Assembly: GCA_002269645.1 (NCBI GenBank)
Contig: NIVC01001156.1
Span: 176,918-240,917 of the forward strand
From: Macrostomum lignano
Lineage: Eukaryota
Length of the DNA: 64,000 nt
Direction: 5' to 3'
Below the pieces are notes generated by a model that saw only the letters and a list, made by a program, of their open reading frames with translations, made no database searches and had not been told where the DNA came from. Below are positions 37,497 through 49,102 of this stretch, in pieces; position 1 is the first letter of the stretch, and each line of letters begins with the position of its first letter. Position numbers and translations under genes: made by a program.

Positions 37497-38833
37497 ATGT
37501 CTTCGAGCGCCATGTTCAGCATCCTGAGACGCCAGTTCAGCACCAGCGGCGCCCTCCGTCAGCTCGTGGTGCCGCCAACCCAGGTCTTCGGGCTGGAGGG
37601 CCGCTACGCCACCGCTCTGTACTCGGCGGCAGTCAAGTCCAAGAAGCTGGAGCAGGTGAGGCTGCGCGGTCATTGGCAGTTTTTGCTGGCTCTCAGGCAG
37701 GACGGTAGGGGGGGGGAGGCTATGAGTTTTTTGGCTTCACGCCAGACCTGAATTGAAATGGCGCCAGACCTGAATTGAAATAGCGCCAGACCTAAATTGA
37801 AATTGCACCAGACCTGAATTAAAATGGCGCCAAACATGATATGAAATGGCGCCAAACCTGAATTGAAATGGCGCCAAACATGATATGAAATGGCGCGAAA
37901 CCTGAATTGAAATGGCGCCAAACCTGAATTGAAATGGCGCCAAACATGATATGAAATGGCGCGAAACCTGAATTGAAATGGCGCCAAACATGAATTGAAA
38001 TGGCGCCAGACCTGATTTGAAATAGCGCCAGACCTGAATTGAAATAGCGCCAAACATGATATGAAATGGCGCCAAACCTGAATTAAAATGGCGCCAAACA
38101 TGATATAAAATGGTGCCAAACCTGAATTAAAATGGCGCCAAACATGATATAAAATGGTGCCAAACCTGAATTGAAATGGCGCCAAACATGATATAAAATG
38201 GTGCCAAACCTGAATTGAAATGGCGCCAGACCTGAATTGAAATGGCGCCAAACATGATATGAAGTAGCAGTAGCACCAAAACTGAAGCCAAGGCTGCAAG
38301 ACCGTCCTGATAATGCAAATGTCTGTTTCACACGCAACTTCCCCCCGCGCCCCGTGCAGGTGGACCAGGACCTCGGCAAGGTCAGCCAGCTGCTCAAGTC
38401 GGACCCCAGGCTGGGCGAGTTCCTCAACAACCCGCTGTACAACAAGGTGGCCAAGTCAGCCGCATTCGCCAAGCTGCTCACCGGCCTGAAGGTGTCGGAC
38501 CTCACCCTAAACCTGTTCAACGTGCTGGGGCTGAACGGCCGCCTGGGCCGCAGCGGCCAGGTGCTGGCCTCCTTCGCCATCATCATGTCCGCCCACAAAG
38601 GCGAGGTCCCAACGGAGGTGGTCACCGCCAGGCCGCTGGACTCCAAGGAGACCCAGGAGCTGCAGTCGGTGCTGAACAGCTTCGCCAAGTCCGGCCAGAA
38701 GCTGCAGGTTTCGTTCCGCGTTGACCCGAGCATCGTTGGCGGCATGACGGTGGCCATCGGGGACAAGTTCGTGGACATGTCCACCGCCAGCAAGATCCGG
38801 CTGTACCACAACTTGCTGAAGCAGAGCGTGTGA
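37497..38833 (+). CDS. ATP5PO: Mitochondrial ATP synthase subunit O (OSCP); exons 37497-37655, 38360-38833 (~210 aa)
   Basis: Presequence [37 protein letters not shown]|[57 protein letters not shown]. Phase-0 GT-AG intron. Confidence 0.95.
37740..38262. repeat. 21 bp minisatellite in the ATP5PO intron (GGCGCCAAACCTGAATTGAAAT and variants)
   Basis: Direct inspection. Confidence 0.93.
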
Positions 38834-39114
38834 AGCTGCTGCACGCTATGGAACAGTTGGACTCTCCATTTAGCGACTAGCGAACCCAGGTTTAGAAATC
38901 TTATTAATTAATATGACAATTATCTTTATACTATACTGAAAGTAGCAAGTAACAGCCTTGAGAAAAATCTATCATTAACCAGCACGAAAGAATTGTTTCT
39001 TTGTCCTTAGCGATCCTAAATAAATACAAAATAACACTCAGAATTATTAAAAATGTGGGGCTCTAAGATTTAAATGCCAGCATTGTTCCACTTTATGCTC
39101 ATTTCTCAGCTGGC

Positions 39115-39312
39115 AAATGTGACTGACACAGCCTGTCACATGCTGATTGCTGGTATATGTGACTGACACAGCCTGTCACATGCTGATTGCTGGTATATGT
39201 GACTGACACAGCCTGTCACATGCTGATTGCTGGCATATGGGACTGACACAGCCTGTCACATGCTGATTGCTGGCATATGGGACTCACACAGCCTGTCACA
39301 TGCTGAATGCTG
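39115..39312. repeat. 40 bp tandem repeat (GACTGACACAGCCTGTCACATGCTGATTGCTGGTATATGT), ~5 copies
   Basis: Related degenerate copies at ~40895-40950. Confidence 0.88.
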
Positions 39313-39410
39313 GCAATTGTACTGGAACAGTGTGATGAAATATTCCTGCTTGATTTTGCGGGCAAGACTGCTTAAGAAATGGTCCATTCTCTGCCCGATA
39401 TCGGGCTGGG

Positions 39411-40000
39411 CCATAGACGAAGCCGAAACGATTGTATTTAAAACGTTAAAAGTGCAACATTACAAAGAGGACAACAGTAACGATTTAATATAGTCTTGTG
39501 GTGCAACCCACGCCGTCTTTACAGTACATGGCGTTCAGAGGTACTCACTTATAGGAAAAATAGAACACGGGATCCATTTTTCTCTAGCACTGCAGTCGGC
39601 AGAACTCCATTAAAGTCCCTTTGTTCGCAGTCAGTATCAGATACTTTTGGGTCGCCACGCTCAACGCTAAAACCAGGCGATTGGAGTGGGACGTCGCTCG
39701 TGACTCGTTTAACGATTGGACCAGGCGGCGAAGAATCCATTGTCAGAGCATCGGACAGTTGACGCTTCTTCCCTGGCGAGATCCGCTTTGTGTACCTCTG
39801 AACCGACTCTGGCCTTGTGACCGGTAACACATTGAATGTCGCCAGCAGAAATGCCCTTGTTTGCTAGTGTCGTGACAACCGTAGCACGAAGACAATGATT
39901 GGTGTAGGTCTGTGATAGATTCGCTCTTGTATAGAAATCCGAGCCATCATGTCGTTCAGGGTGTTTTTACCGAGCACTTGCGTTACAGGAGTAGTCTATC
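39411..40000 (-). mobile_element. Crypton tyrosine recombinase, C-terminal catalytic half plus element 3' end (pseudogene)
   Basis: Minus strand, allowing two 1-bp frameshifts: QVLGKNTLNDMMARIS/RANLSQTYTNHCLRATVVTTLANKGISAGDIQCVTGHK/RPESVQRY...CTFNV. This gives the H-x-x-R, H and Y catalytic residues of YRs. It ends at GTCTATGG (39418-39411 on the minus strand). Confidence 0.82.
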
Positions 40001-41088
40001 ATGTTCTCAGAACGCTCGGGTCAGGAGTTAATGAAAGTTTTAATAAAAAGTTAGACTAATTACAAGCGTATTACTTTGTCAGTCGCTCTTTTAGGCTCAG
40101 AGCTAAAATGAAATACAGTTTGCATTTTGTGCCATAGACAAATTCCATTCTCTTGCGGGCCGAGAATCAGGACTTGCACTGAACTTAGACTGAAGCAAAT
40201 GCAGTTTGACTCGCGGGCCGAAGAATGTCGTTTCTCGGCCCGCCCGCAAAATCAAGAAGGAATACAAATCCAGCAGGTTATCTAGAAAGCCTGAAGGATT
40301 TATATATTTTTGCGACATGTCAAATAGTTTAGGCCCTAGACAAACCTACTGGAGTGACCGGAGATTTTAAAACTATTGTCCCTATTTGCCTATCGCGAGT
40401 CCAAACTTTCTCCAATAGTCGCAGGTGCGGTACAAGAAAATGAGTAACACGCTTGAACTTCGACAGCACTTGCCTATCTAGACCACTCTTGACCAGCGGC
40501 GCACCCCTCTGGTAAATAGACCAGATGACACCACAAGATAATTTGCGAATTTTGTCAGATTCACTACCGATTTCCTTGTTTGGGGTACAAGATAACAAAC
40601 AGGATAACAGAATTTTTCCCTGCAAGATTCGCATGAATTACCTGACTGTGATGTTATCTGATTTATTTACCAGAGTGACTCCAGACGCGGAACGCCGAAA
40701 GCTGCCTAACTGACAAGCGGAATGTGGTCGGCCTGGGAACGATGAGAGGGAGCAGGCCGGACACTCGGACAGTCACACGCTTAAAGTGCGGCGACGTCTG
40801 CTCAGATGATGGTAACTGACTCTACACACTTTGGAAAAATATGACTGAAAAAAAGCAATTACAATTAATAATTCCCGTAAGATGCTCACATGATAACAGC
40901 CTGTCACGTGTTGATTACTGGCATGCGAAACTGATGGCCTGTCACGTGTTGAAAGTTCCGCCAGCTAAGAATGTGGGACTGTCTACTGAATACTTCTTAT
41001 AAGCAGGACAAGGCAAAATAAAGACAGGACAAGGTGTCTGACACGTCATGTTTGCTCGTAGTGTATTTGTAATAATAGCTCATATTGC

Positions 41089-41975
41089 TCAAATAAAAAC
41101 TTGGTATGTCGGCACGGCAGCGGCAGTCCGGGGAACCCGTTCCATAGCAGACCGCGGCACGAACCCGGAGTCGGAGAAGTCGCGGCTTGAAGGAGACGCT
41201 GAAGCGACGCCGACCTCAACAAATCGATTCGGGTCAAACGAGTTCAAGGCGGGAGGCAGGTAGTTGTCATAGTAAGATGGAGCCAACCCTGGCGATCGAA
41301 GTACAGGCCCCATCCGCCAGTATAGCCGTCCCAGAAGCCTATGCTTCAATTCCGAGATTCGAGCAGCGGTGCCGCCACTCGGACAGTCCGCTTGAGCCTG
41401 ACCAGCCACGTGAGTCCCTGCTGCACGCTCGCGAGCTCCACGTTCTCCAGCCACATCTTGGACGACACTCCGTCGAGCTTGGCTCCCTCGCTGCTCCACT
41501 CCACATTCTCCGACATCCACTGCTGCGTCTGGCCGCACACCAAGTTGCTCCTGCTGGCGTCCGCATCGTCGCTCATCACCCAGGCGGCCCTCAGCTTGGG
41601 GGCCATCTTCTTGCTCAAAGTGATGAACCTGGCGGCTCTGTCATTGGCGAATGCGGCACAGCGGCGGGACTGCGAGCTCTCTGCAGCAGCGAGTCCTTCG
41701 ATGAGGTGGCACACTGCGGTGTATTGGAAGAGCGAGCACTGGCGAATGTCCGAGTCGAACTGGGCAACCTGCAGGCCGGTCGAGGCGCCGTAGTCGAGGC
41801 ACTCGATGATGCCTCTCAGAATCTGGGCAGCCCGCACTGCCAGATTCTCAGGCAGGCACTGCGGGCTGCTCAAGCGGTGCCAGGAGCCCGACAGGCTCTC
41901 GCAGTGGACCAGCTGGGCCAGGCAGGCCGCTGCAAGCAGAACGGAGACTGGAGTAGCGATGAAGCTGGTTGCCAT
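41089..41975 (-). pseudogene. Secreted PAN/apple-like domain protein, possibly with a LamG/ConA-like C-terminal domain; disrupted by TGA at 41346-41348 and downstream frameshifts
   Basis: Signal peptide MATSFIATPVSVLLAAACLAQLVHC; C...IIECLDYG...VAQFDSDIRQCSLF (PAN-like). Coding-like sequence continues past the stop in the same frame (SIGFWDGYTGGWGLYFDRQGWLHL). GC3-rich. Confidence 0.5.
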
Positions 41976-43762
41976 GCTGGCTGCAGTGCGGTATTGCGGA
42001 TTCGAGAGCTCGAGATGAGGCAGGCGGCAGAAATCCTGCATTCAGTAAAATTTATCCAGCTGCCGTTGTTGAGCTCAATCGTCCCTAGCAACCAGCTTCT
42101 GTCCAAGCCGTCAACTCAGACTGCAGCCACCTGTAGCGTGCTGGTGGCGAGGAGGTGCGAAGCTGATGAGGTGCGGCTGCCAGCGCCGCGGGCAGGTTGG
42201 AGTGAAATCGCCAAATAACTGAGGCGGCGGGTTCAACTGACTTTTCCGGATGATGCAAACACTTGGTGGTAGCTTACAGACCGTTGTATTTGATGGTCAC
42301 AATCTCGAGATGTTATCTTACAAAATAATATCTTAAGATGGTATTCCAAATAAGAAGCTCGTTTTATTCGAGCTACAATGGGTTCTGATTATTTGGGTGA
42401 GCCGAAGGTTCAGTCTATTGTAGAGAAAGGGTTGTTTTTCAATTCAACTTCAGTGGGTCAACTTGTTAGTTTGGGTCTCAACCCAATTACCAGAACTGTT
42501 TCAATCAAAAGTAATTCTTAAACAGTGAAACAGCTAGCGAGGAGCCAAGAGAGGCCAGGGCGAGAAAGGGCAAAAAGGAGGGCGAGCTTCTTGCTTGGTA
42601 CACATGGGTTTTTATAGTACTTTCAGTCTTAATCGCATTGGGTGGTACATACGAGCGTAACTACTTTTCATTGGCTGAGAATGAGGTCGTGTCCTCAGCT
42701 TTTGCTATCTGGAGCGCGTTCATTGGTTGGAAATACATTCAAACTGGATTGAAACTTTCAGGGCCAAAATGAATCACTTCACTGGGCTTTCCACATGCAG
42801 AGATGCCTGCAAGCCGTGGCGCAGATCGATGGGGGCGATGGGCTGATGTTGTGATGCTGCAGGTCTATTGAGATGTAGGTGAGGGAGGCTGGGCGTAAGA
42901 TGACGCAAGGATGCAGGTTTACTCAAAAACGATAGGCATTCTGCATCATATTTTTAGTAGAGGATCATCACTACTCAGTGAACAGACTTTTTGGAGTAAA
43001 AATGAAAAACCGGCCAGCCTACAGTTGGCCGAAAAAAATACGAAAAAAACGGTTTTTATTTTTCTGATATTTATAACGCTTTTCGTTTAAAAAATACGTA
43101 ATTCAGCTAATTAATCTCAGCTATTTAACGACGATGTAGCGAAATGCGTAACAGAATGATAAAATAGACTCCTAAAACCAATGGAAGATTCATATATCTC
43201 TCTATAGCTTAATTCGCGCACGATCGTGCTGTAGAGTGTTCTACCTCCCGTAAAAAAGGGTAAAAGAAGTTAATCATAGGATGCTACTGTAAGTAAGTAG
43301 TAAGTAAGTGCACGCATGCGCAGCTAAATATTAACAAAGAATCATGTTACTATATAATACGCAATGAGTTATGATGCTATTTTGGACTGCAAATTCGCCT
43401 ATAAATACAAGCGGCCCAAAGCGGTACCGGAGCCATTCTCCCCACGGAAGAGGAGCGCTCCGAAGAGAAAGTCCTTAGCGAGACTTCCTGATCACCAAGT
43501 CAATCGAGACTCGGTCGAGTTTTTGCGGTAAGCCTTTCTCATTTGCGCCAGTTGTTGTTGAGTCGACTCTCTGTTGTTATAGTGTTAGAGTCTATTGAGA
43601 CTCTTGAGTCCACTTGAGACTCAATTGGCAGTAGTCTCCCGAAGCACTACCCTAATAGATCTTAGAGGATCTATTAGAGATTACCGGAGCATTACCTAGA
43701 GTGCATAGAGGCACTACTAGAAGGAGAAGGCTAAGGAGAAACCGCTATTCGGCGCAGGGTAC

Positions 43763-44011
43763 CCATTGTTTAGCAATTTGACGATCATTATTCACATTTT
43801 TAATGCAGAACAATCCATTACTACAAACAATGCATTGTCTGTAGGATCGTCAAACAGAAAAACAATGCAAAGAATCAGCGGTCGCAGCACGTGACAACGA
43901 TTTGTCTATGGTTGTCACGCACTGGGATCGCTGATTATTCATCCATTGTTTAGCAATTTGACGATCATTATTCACATTTTTAATGCAGAACAATCCATTG
44001 TTTGTCTATGG
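43763..44011. mobile_element. CCATAGAC-family non-autonomous mini-elements (57-bp direct duplication at 43763/43943; GTCTATGG at 43904 and 44004)
   Basis: Reverse complement matches 4962-5031 (about 2 differences in 70) and 6153-6225 (5 differences in 73). Confidence 0.75.
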
Positions 44012-44231
44012 CCCGTGCATCAATGCCGTGCAGCAATAGCATATTGCACGGAAAAGTTTTTATGTACGATTACGAGTACAAAGAAATAATAGCAACAGTA
44101 TTTGAAGAAAGTTAAAAAACAAATAGCAAATTACTGACATGTTTTATTTTATATGTTATATGTTATAGATTATGTAAACATCATAATAACAATCAACGAT
44201 CAGTAACTTATGGCCAGTAACAGCAGCTATA

Positions 44232-45252
44232 TCAGCCGGTGAGTGTCCGGCGATGACTCGGCGATGACTGTGGATCTGACACAATGGCCAGTGTACACCT
44301 TCGAACAGATTCCGCGAGCTTCTCGAGGTACAGTTTCAGGCAAGCCACTGGACAGTTTGCCGCCTTCGTTGCGACCATCACAGGATCCTTCATGTCCCGC
44401 GCACTATCAGCAGTCAGTTCGTTCCCGAGGCACTTAACTTTTCCTAGGTGCATCCGGACCACTTGGACTCCAGATTGCATTTCGAAGAGAAACCTGCCGG
44501 TGGTCATTTTTTGGAAAGCCTCACGTGCTCGATTACCGAAGTAGTACAAAACAGCGAAGTATACTTCATGTTGTAGACGCAATGGAGTGCTTTGATCAAA
44601 ATAGGTTCGCATGCGAGCTAGGTCATCCTTGTCGATAGCCACGAAGGGTTTGCTCATGCCACCTTCACTCACAAACTTCCTGCCAAGATGCTTTCAAAGT
44701 CTGATTTGCACCAAAAAACTTCTCTGAAATGATGTAAATGCCTGATTTCCTAAAAAAAATAGCGATAGAGGCCAGCACGAATGCACAGCAAGCTCGCTGG
44801 CGAGTAGAAACCTCCGTTGGCCTTCTTCAAAGTACCATAGAAAAGGCGTAGCACATACGCCAGCGCAGAGCGTTCACACGTCGCGATGTCAACTTCAATG
44901 GATCCATTCGCGTCGATGAATTCATTAAGTCGCTTTTCTGAGCTAATCTCTTGATACTCGGAACTGGCAACGCAACACTCCTTATCCAACTCGTTAGCCG
45001 ACTGTTCCAATGCGAACACGATCAACATTACTCGAGAGAGAGTGCTTCAGCAGCTTTCTTTAAGTCGAAATCATCCATGTACTTCTCGATCTCGGCGCCA
45101 GTAAGTCCACTTATCATTCCGCCAGGAAAAGCGTCCCAATGAAGAAGCCGGGTCGTAGTCATTTTACAGCTCGTCAGTCAACTGTCAGTCCTTTCTCCTT
45201 TCCAATTATCTCACTATCTATATAGCACTGTTTCGTAGGACGTAGTCTATGG
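44232..45252 (-). mobile_element. Crypton tyrosine recombinase, N-terminal two-thirds (frameshifted), starting after CCATAGAC at 45252-45245
   Basis: LAYVLRLFYGTLKKANGGFYSPASLLCIRAGLYRYF (core-binding domain), then IDKDDLARMRTYFDQSTPLRLQHEVYFAVLYYFGNRAREAFQKMT (catalytic R) and NCPVACLKLYLEKL. DUF3504/Crypton-type. Confidence 0.85.
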
Positions 45253-46669
45253 TCTGGTAAAAGTGAAACAGTCACGAAACCTTTACTTCATACCATAGAC
45301 GTAAGTATAATAAACTTTTTCTGAATATTAAGTTTTAGCTGGCTTATGTGGGGGCTCCGCCCCCACACCCCCGGAATGGCGCTGAACACTACCATAGACA
45401 AAACGCAAAAATAAGAAAAACTTAAGGACTGCATTGATGCACGGACAGAAAAACAATGTGCTACGCGCACTCGTGTTATGAGCGTGGCTACACTTCCAGC
45501 CGTGCTTTAGTGCCTCATTGTATCTCGCTAGTGCGTGTTTAGACTTGTTACTGTGCAGGAAACGCAGTTGTCTATGGTTTTAACACATTAAACAAAACGC
45601 GGTCAGCGTGTAAGAAACCCGTGTTTGAACCATAGACAACTGCGTCGATTACACTCTGACCAAAATAAATGAAATTATATTTATTTATTCAAGATGCAAT
45701 TAACTGTTTTTATAAACAGCAAATTCAACACCGTTCCTAGAAAGTGTACTCACAGTGTAAATCAGTGTCAAATGTTTTAGAATAATGTGTTGCGGGGGTG
45801 TGCCCCTCTGACGATGACTATGATCGTTGATGTTTCTGTTGAATCAAATAAGTCGGAGGTTCGATTTGTTTCTCTCGATCTCTAACCTTCAACAAGATGT
45901 TTATTACTAATCAATGTTAGTAGCAATTCCTAATAGGATATTGATCACGCAATTACGCAAATTTGTTAAGCAATTCAGTGAAAATGGAGCCACAGGCTAC
46001 TTATCGATATTGTTGCACGAATTGACGTTTGTCCGGATTTATCTCTGTTTAATCGGGATATTAGAGTTCAGGCCCGATTTTTGGGGCAAGCTAGCGGAGC
46101 AGTTGAGGAGGCAAAGAGGCGGAGAGCCGAGAACCGGGAAAAACTGGAAAGAGGCTTCATTCTCACTGAACGCTAGTATATATATATGATTTCTATAACG
46201 CATTTCATTGGTGTTCGCTTCACGCAATAGGATCTTTACTGGCGCACAAGCATGTGCTGTACTTTCCTGATAGAAAAACCTTCTGAAGTTCGCATTAGAC
46301 TAAAAAATAACATTGGGCATAACATGCTTAAATTAAGATCACTTCAAGTGATTCCGTCAGCCATGTCTCTAACCAAAACATTTGTAGAGCGGTCTGTGGA
46401 AATTGAACGCAATAGGTCGATTGCCATTGCCAAACGAATCCGTGGTAACAGTGGCAGCCGGTACATGTATTGATTGACTGACCATTGTCGCTGACTCGAT
46501 AGTTGAAACAACCGCGCCTTCTTGCCTAATTGCAGCTATTGGCATACTTGCGGGATCCGCTCCAGACACAGGAACTGGGATTACCTGCTTCCTCGATTCG
46601 GTTAATACCAGATTCTGGCCATCGGAATGCAGCGACAGCGACAGACTCTGTGAAATTTGCCGTGAGAAG

Positions 46670-46933
46670 CGTGCAAGAGGAGTTGTCTATGGGTGACGGC
46701 CATTCAGTTCAGCGTGCAAGAGGAGTTGTCTATGGGTGACGGCCATTCAGTTCAGCGTGCAAGAGGAGTTGTCTATGGGTGACGGCCATTCAGTTCAGCG
46801 TGCAAGAGGAGTTGTCTATGGGTGACGGCCATTCAGTTCAGCGTGCAATGGAGTTGTCTATGGGTGACGGCCATTCAGTTCAGCGTGCAATGGAGTTGTC
46901 TATGGGTGACGGCCATTCAGTTCAGCGTGCAAG
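46670..46933. repeat. 42-43 bp tandem repeat, 6 copies, each containing GTCTATGG
   Basis: GCGTGCAAGAGGAGTTGTCTATGGGTGACGGCCATTCAGTTCA. Confidence 0.92.
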
Positions 46934-47343
46934 AAACGCAGCTGCCTATGAAAAATACTACTGAGATATATTGAGTCGAGTTGTGCCATTTTTTATTATT
47001 ATGCACAATAAATATGCCATTGTATGTAGGATATAAAATTAAATTAAACAAAGAATCCTATTTTTCTAAAGGAAACACTCTGAGTATCAATGAGCTATAA
47101 GAAATGCAAGTCATATCAAAAGATGAACATTGGGGCAACCGCCGAGCGGACCCGGGGGTCTACATGTACACTTTTTCAAATTTCTACGACAGATTTCTTG
47201 AAATAAAAAAGGAAAACAGAGAACAAAACGAAGTTGACAATTTTAACGTCATACACGCGACGATTCGCAAAAGTGCTAATATAATATACAAATAATTGGA
47301 TTTATTTCTGCAAAGCTGTGGCAACAATGCCTCTCAACCTGAG

Positions 47344-47928
47344 CTACTCATCAGAGTCCGCTGCCGCCATCGCCGCAGTCAAGCAGTCTTGGCTGGCTTT
47401 CCTGAATCCTTTCTCGCACAGGTCGTCAAGAGGAATTTCCAGGTGGAACTTCTTGCCGCCCTCGAATACTTCCAGCGGCACGAAGGTCATCTTGTTTCTG
47501 TTGGCCTGGCTGAAGGCCAGGTGTGTCTGCAGCCGGTCGTTTAGGCTCAGATTTTGGAGCGACCTGTGATGAACGAATTCAGTGATTTAATAAGGCTGGC
47601 TAAATTACAGCGCACCTGTGCAGGTTTCTGTACTCTTTTCATAACAGGTTTTATTGCCGATATGTAGCGTGGATAACTTTGCAAAGGGAAATATATACAC
47701 AACACAGCCTGTGGATTTGAACTGTGCCTACCTGAAAGAGTTGTCGGACTCGTCCATTTGTTGAACCCGCTGTACCTGGTAGAGCAGGGGAACCAGGGCG
47801 AATATGAAAATAATTCGAGTCCACCTGGTGCGAATTTGATCGTACGGCGACAGAGGCGGCAGGAACAGCAGCTGGCGCCGGGAAGACCCCGTAGCCGCCT
47901 GCTGAAGACTCAGTTTGCCCAGAAACAT
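47344..47928 (-). CDS. Hypothetical 138-aa single-pass membrane protein; exons 47928-47732, 47563-47344
   Basis: MFLGKLSLQQAATGSSRRQLL...RWTRIIFIFALVPLLYQVQ...NSFR|SLQNLSLNDRLQTHLAF...AAADSDE*. Phase-2 AG|GTAGG...ACAG intron keeps the frame. TTTTTCAG acceptor 11 nt before the ATG. GC3-rich. No family recognised. Confidence 0.6.
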
Positions 47929-49102
47929 GGCCTTTTTCACTGAAAAAATCCATGTCAAACTACTGCTTGAAGCATTTCGGGATGGATACTTATATTTTTA
48001 AACTTACTTATTAAGTAGCATAGAATGCAGTTTTCTATACTCATGTTAACAATTAATTGCTACTTATCTAAAATAGCTCTGCCTATTTGCCCGTCATGCA
48101 AGCTTTTTGCGTAACAATCGATACTGTCTACTTGTCAGTAGACGATACACCAAACTGATGATTAAAGCTACATTGGACTGGACATCTGTTAAGAGTGCGC
48201 CAATTAACGCTGATCAACTATTATATGGTTGATAGTTAACCATGCTATCCCCTCCCTCTGATTTTCTATTGGCTTATTCATAGACGACCTCCAACCCACC
48301 TCCAGCCCGACCCCTCGGACCGCGTCTTCCACGCGCGCGCCAACTCTCTACCCTCGAATCCCCCACCCCTAATTTTATTGCCGCCCTTCTCCGCTTGCGT
48401 ACATTCTTAAGAGGCATTGGTTAGCCGATGTACATTTAAATTGCGCCGATCAATTTTATTGTCCTTGAGCTAAAGGGGCAAGCAAATAAACTTCGTTGGA
48501 GAAAATCTTATTCGAGCCTTGATGCTTTATATGCAAGCCTAGCCTTAACTTTCACGGCACAATTACCTGGCAATTACTTTTTCACCAATTCTACAGTTTC
48601 TCCAAATGTAAATTTTTACCCATGTACGAGTGAATGAGGAAATTTCATCATCAATTTTCTAAATTTATTATCTAATCACCTCATTGAGTCCTTATCACTG
48701 TTATCAGAAGGGTTTCATATCTCCGATGCTTTTGGTTTATATATCATCATTGGAAAAGCAGCTTCTTTTACAACCCCGAAACTTTTGTATCGTGTCGCTA
48801 CTGACACTACTTCCCATTGGGCATATTAGATGCGAATTGCTGTCGGATTTTGCGACAAACATAAGAAGTCAGGTTTGCCAATTTTCAAGTTTCCAATCAA
48901 CTCAGGTGTCCTTAACTAATGGAGTGGCTTATATCATGCCTTAGTGACAAAAATTATTTCATTAATTAAACTTGGCATTGTTGAAAAAAATATGAATTTA
49001 AAACAACAACAACAACAAGCAGCCAAATCAAGCCAAGAAGAAATGAAACACCAATATTTATTTATTAATAATGGTTATGATTATGATTATGAGCACACAG
49101 AA

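Noticed and set aside
39500-39530. Partial similarity (GTAAAGACGG) to my recollection of a flatworm spliced-leader sequence
   Set aside because: Only ~10 nt; no donor site or Sm-binding site; it lies inside the Crypton remnant.
41346-41348. Selenocysteine recoding of the in-frame TGA
   Set aside because: No SECIS recognisable, and further frameshifts downstream point to decay.
41187-42218. 343-aa + strand ORF
   Set aside because: Antisense shadow of the GC3-rich minus-strand PAN gene; no recognisable motifs.
47318-47569. 83-aa + strand ORF
   Set aside because: Antisense to the spliced minus-strand exon, which has proper splice sites and codon bias.
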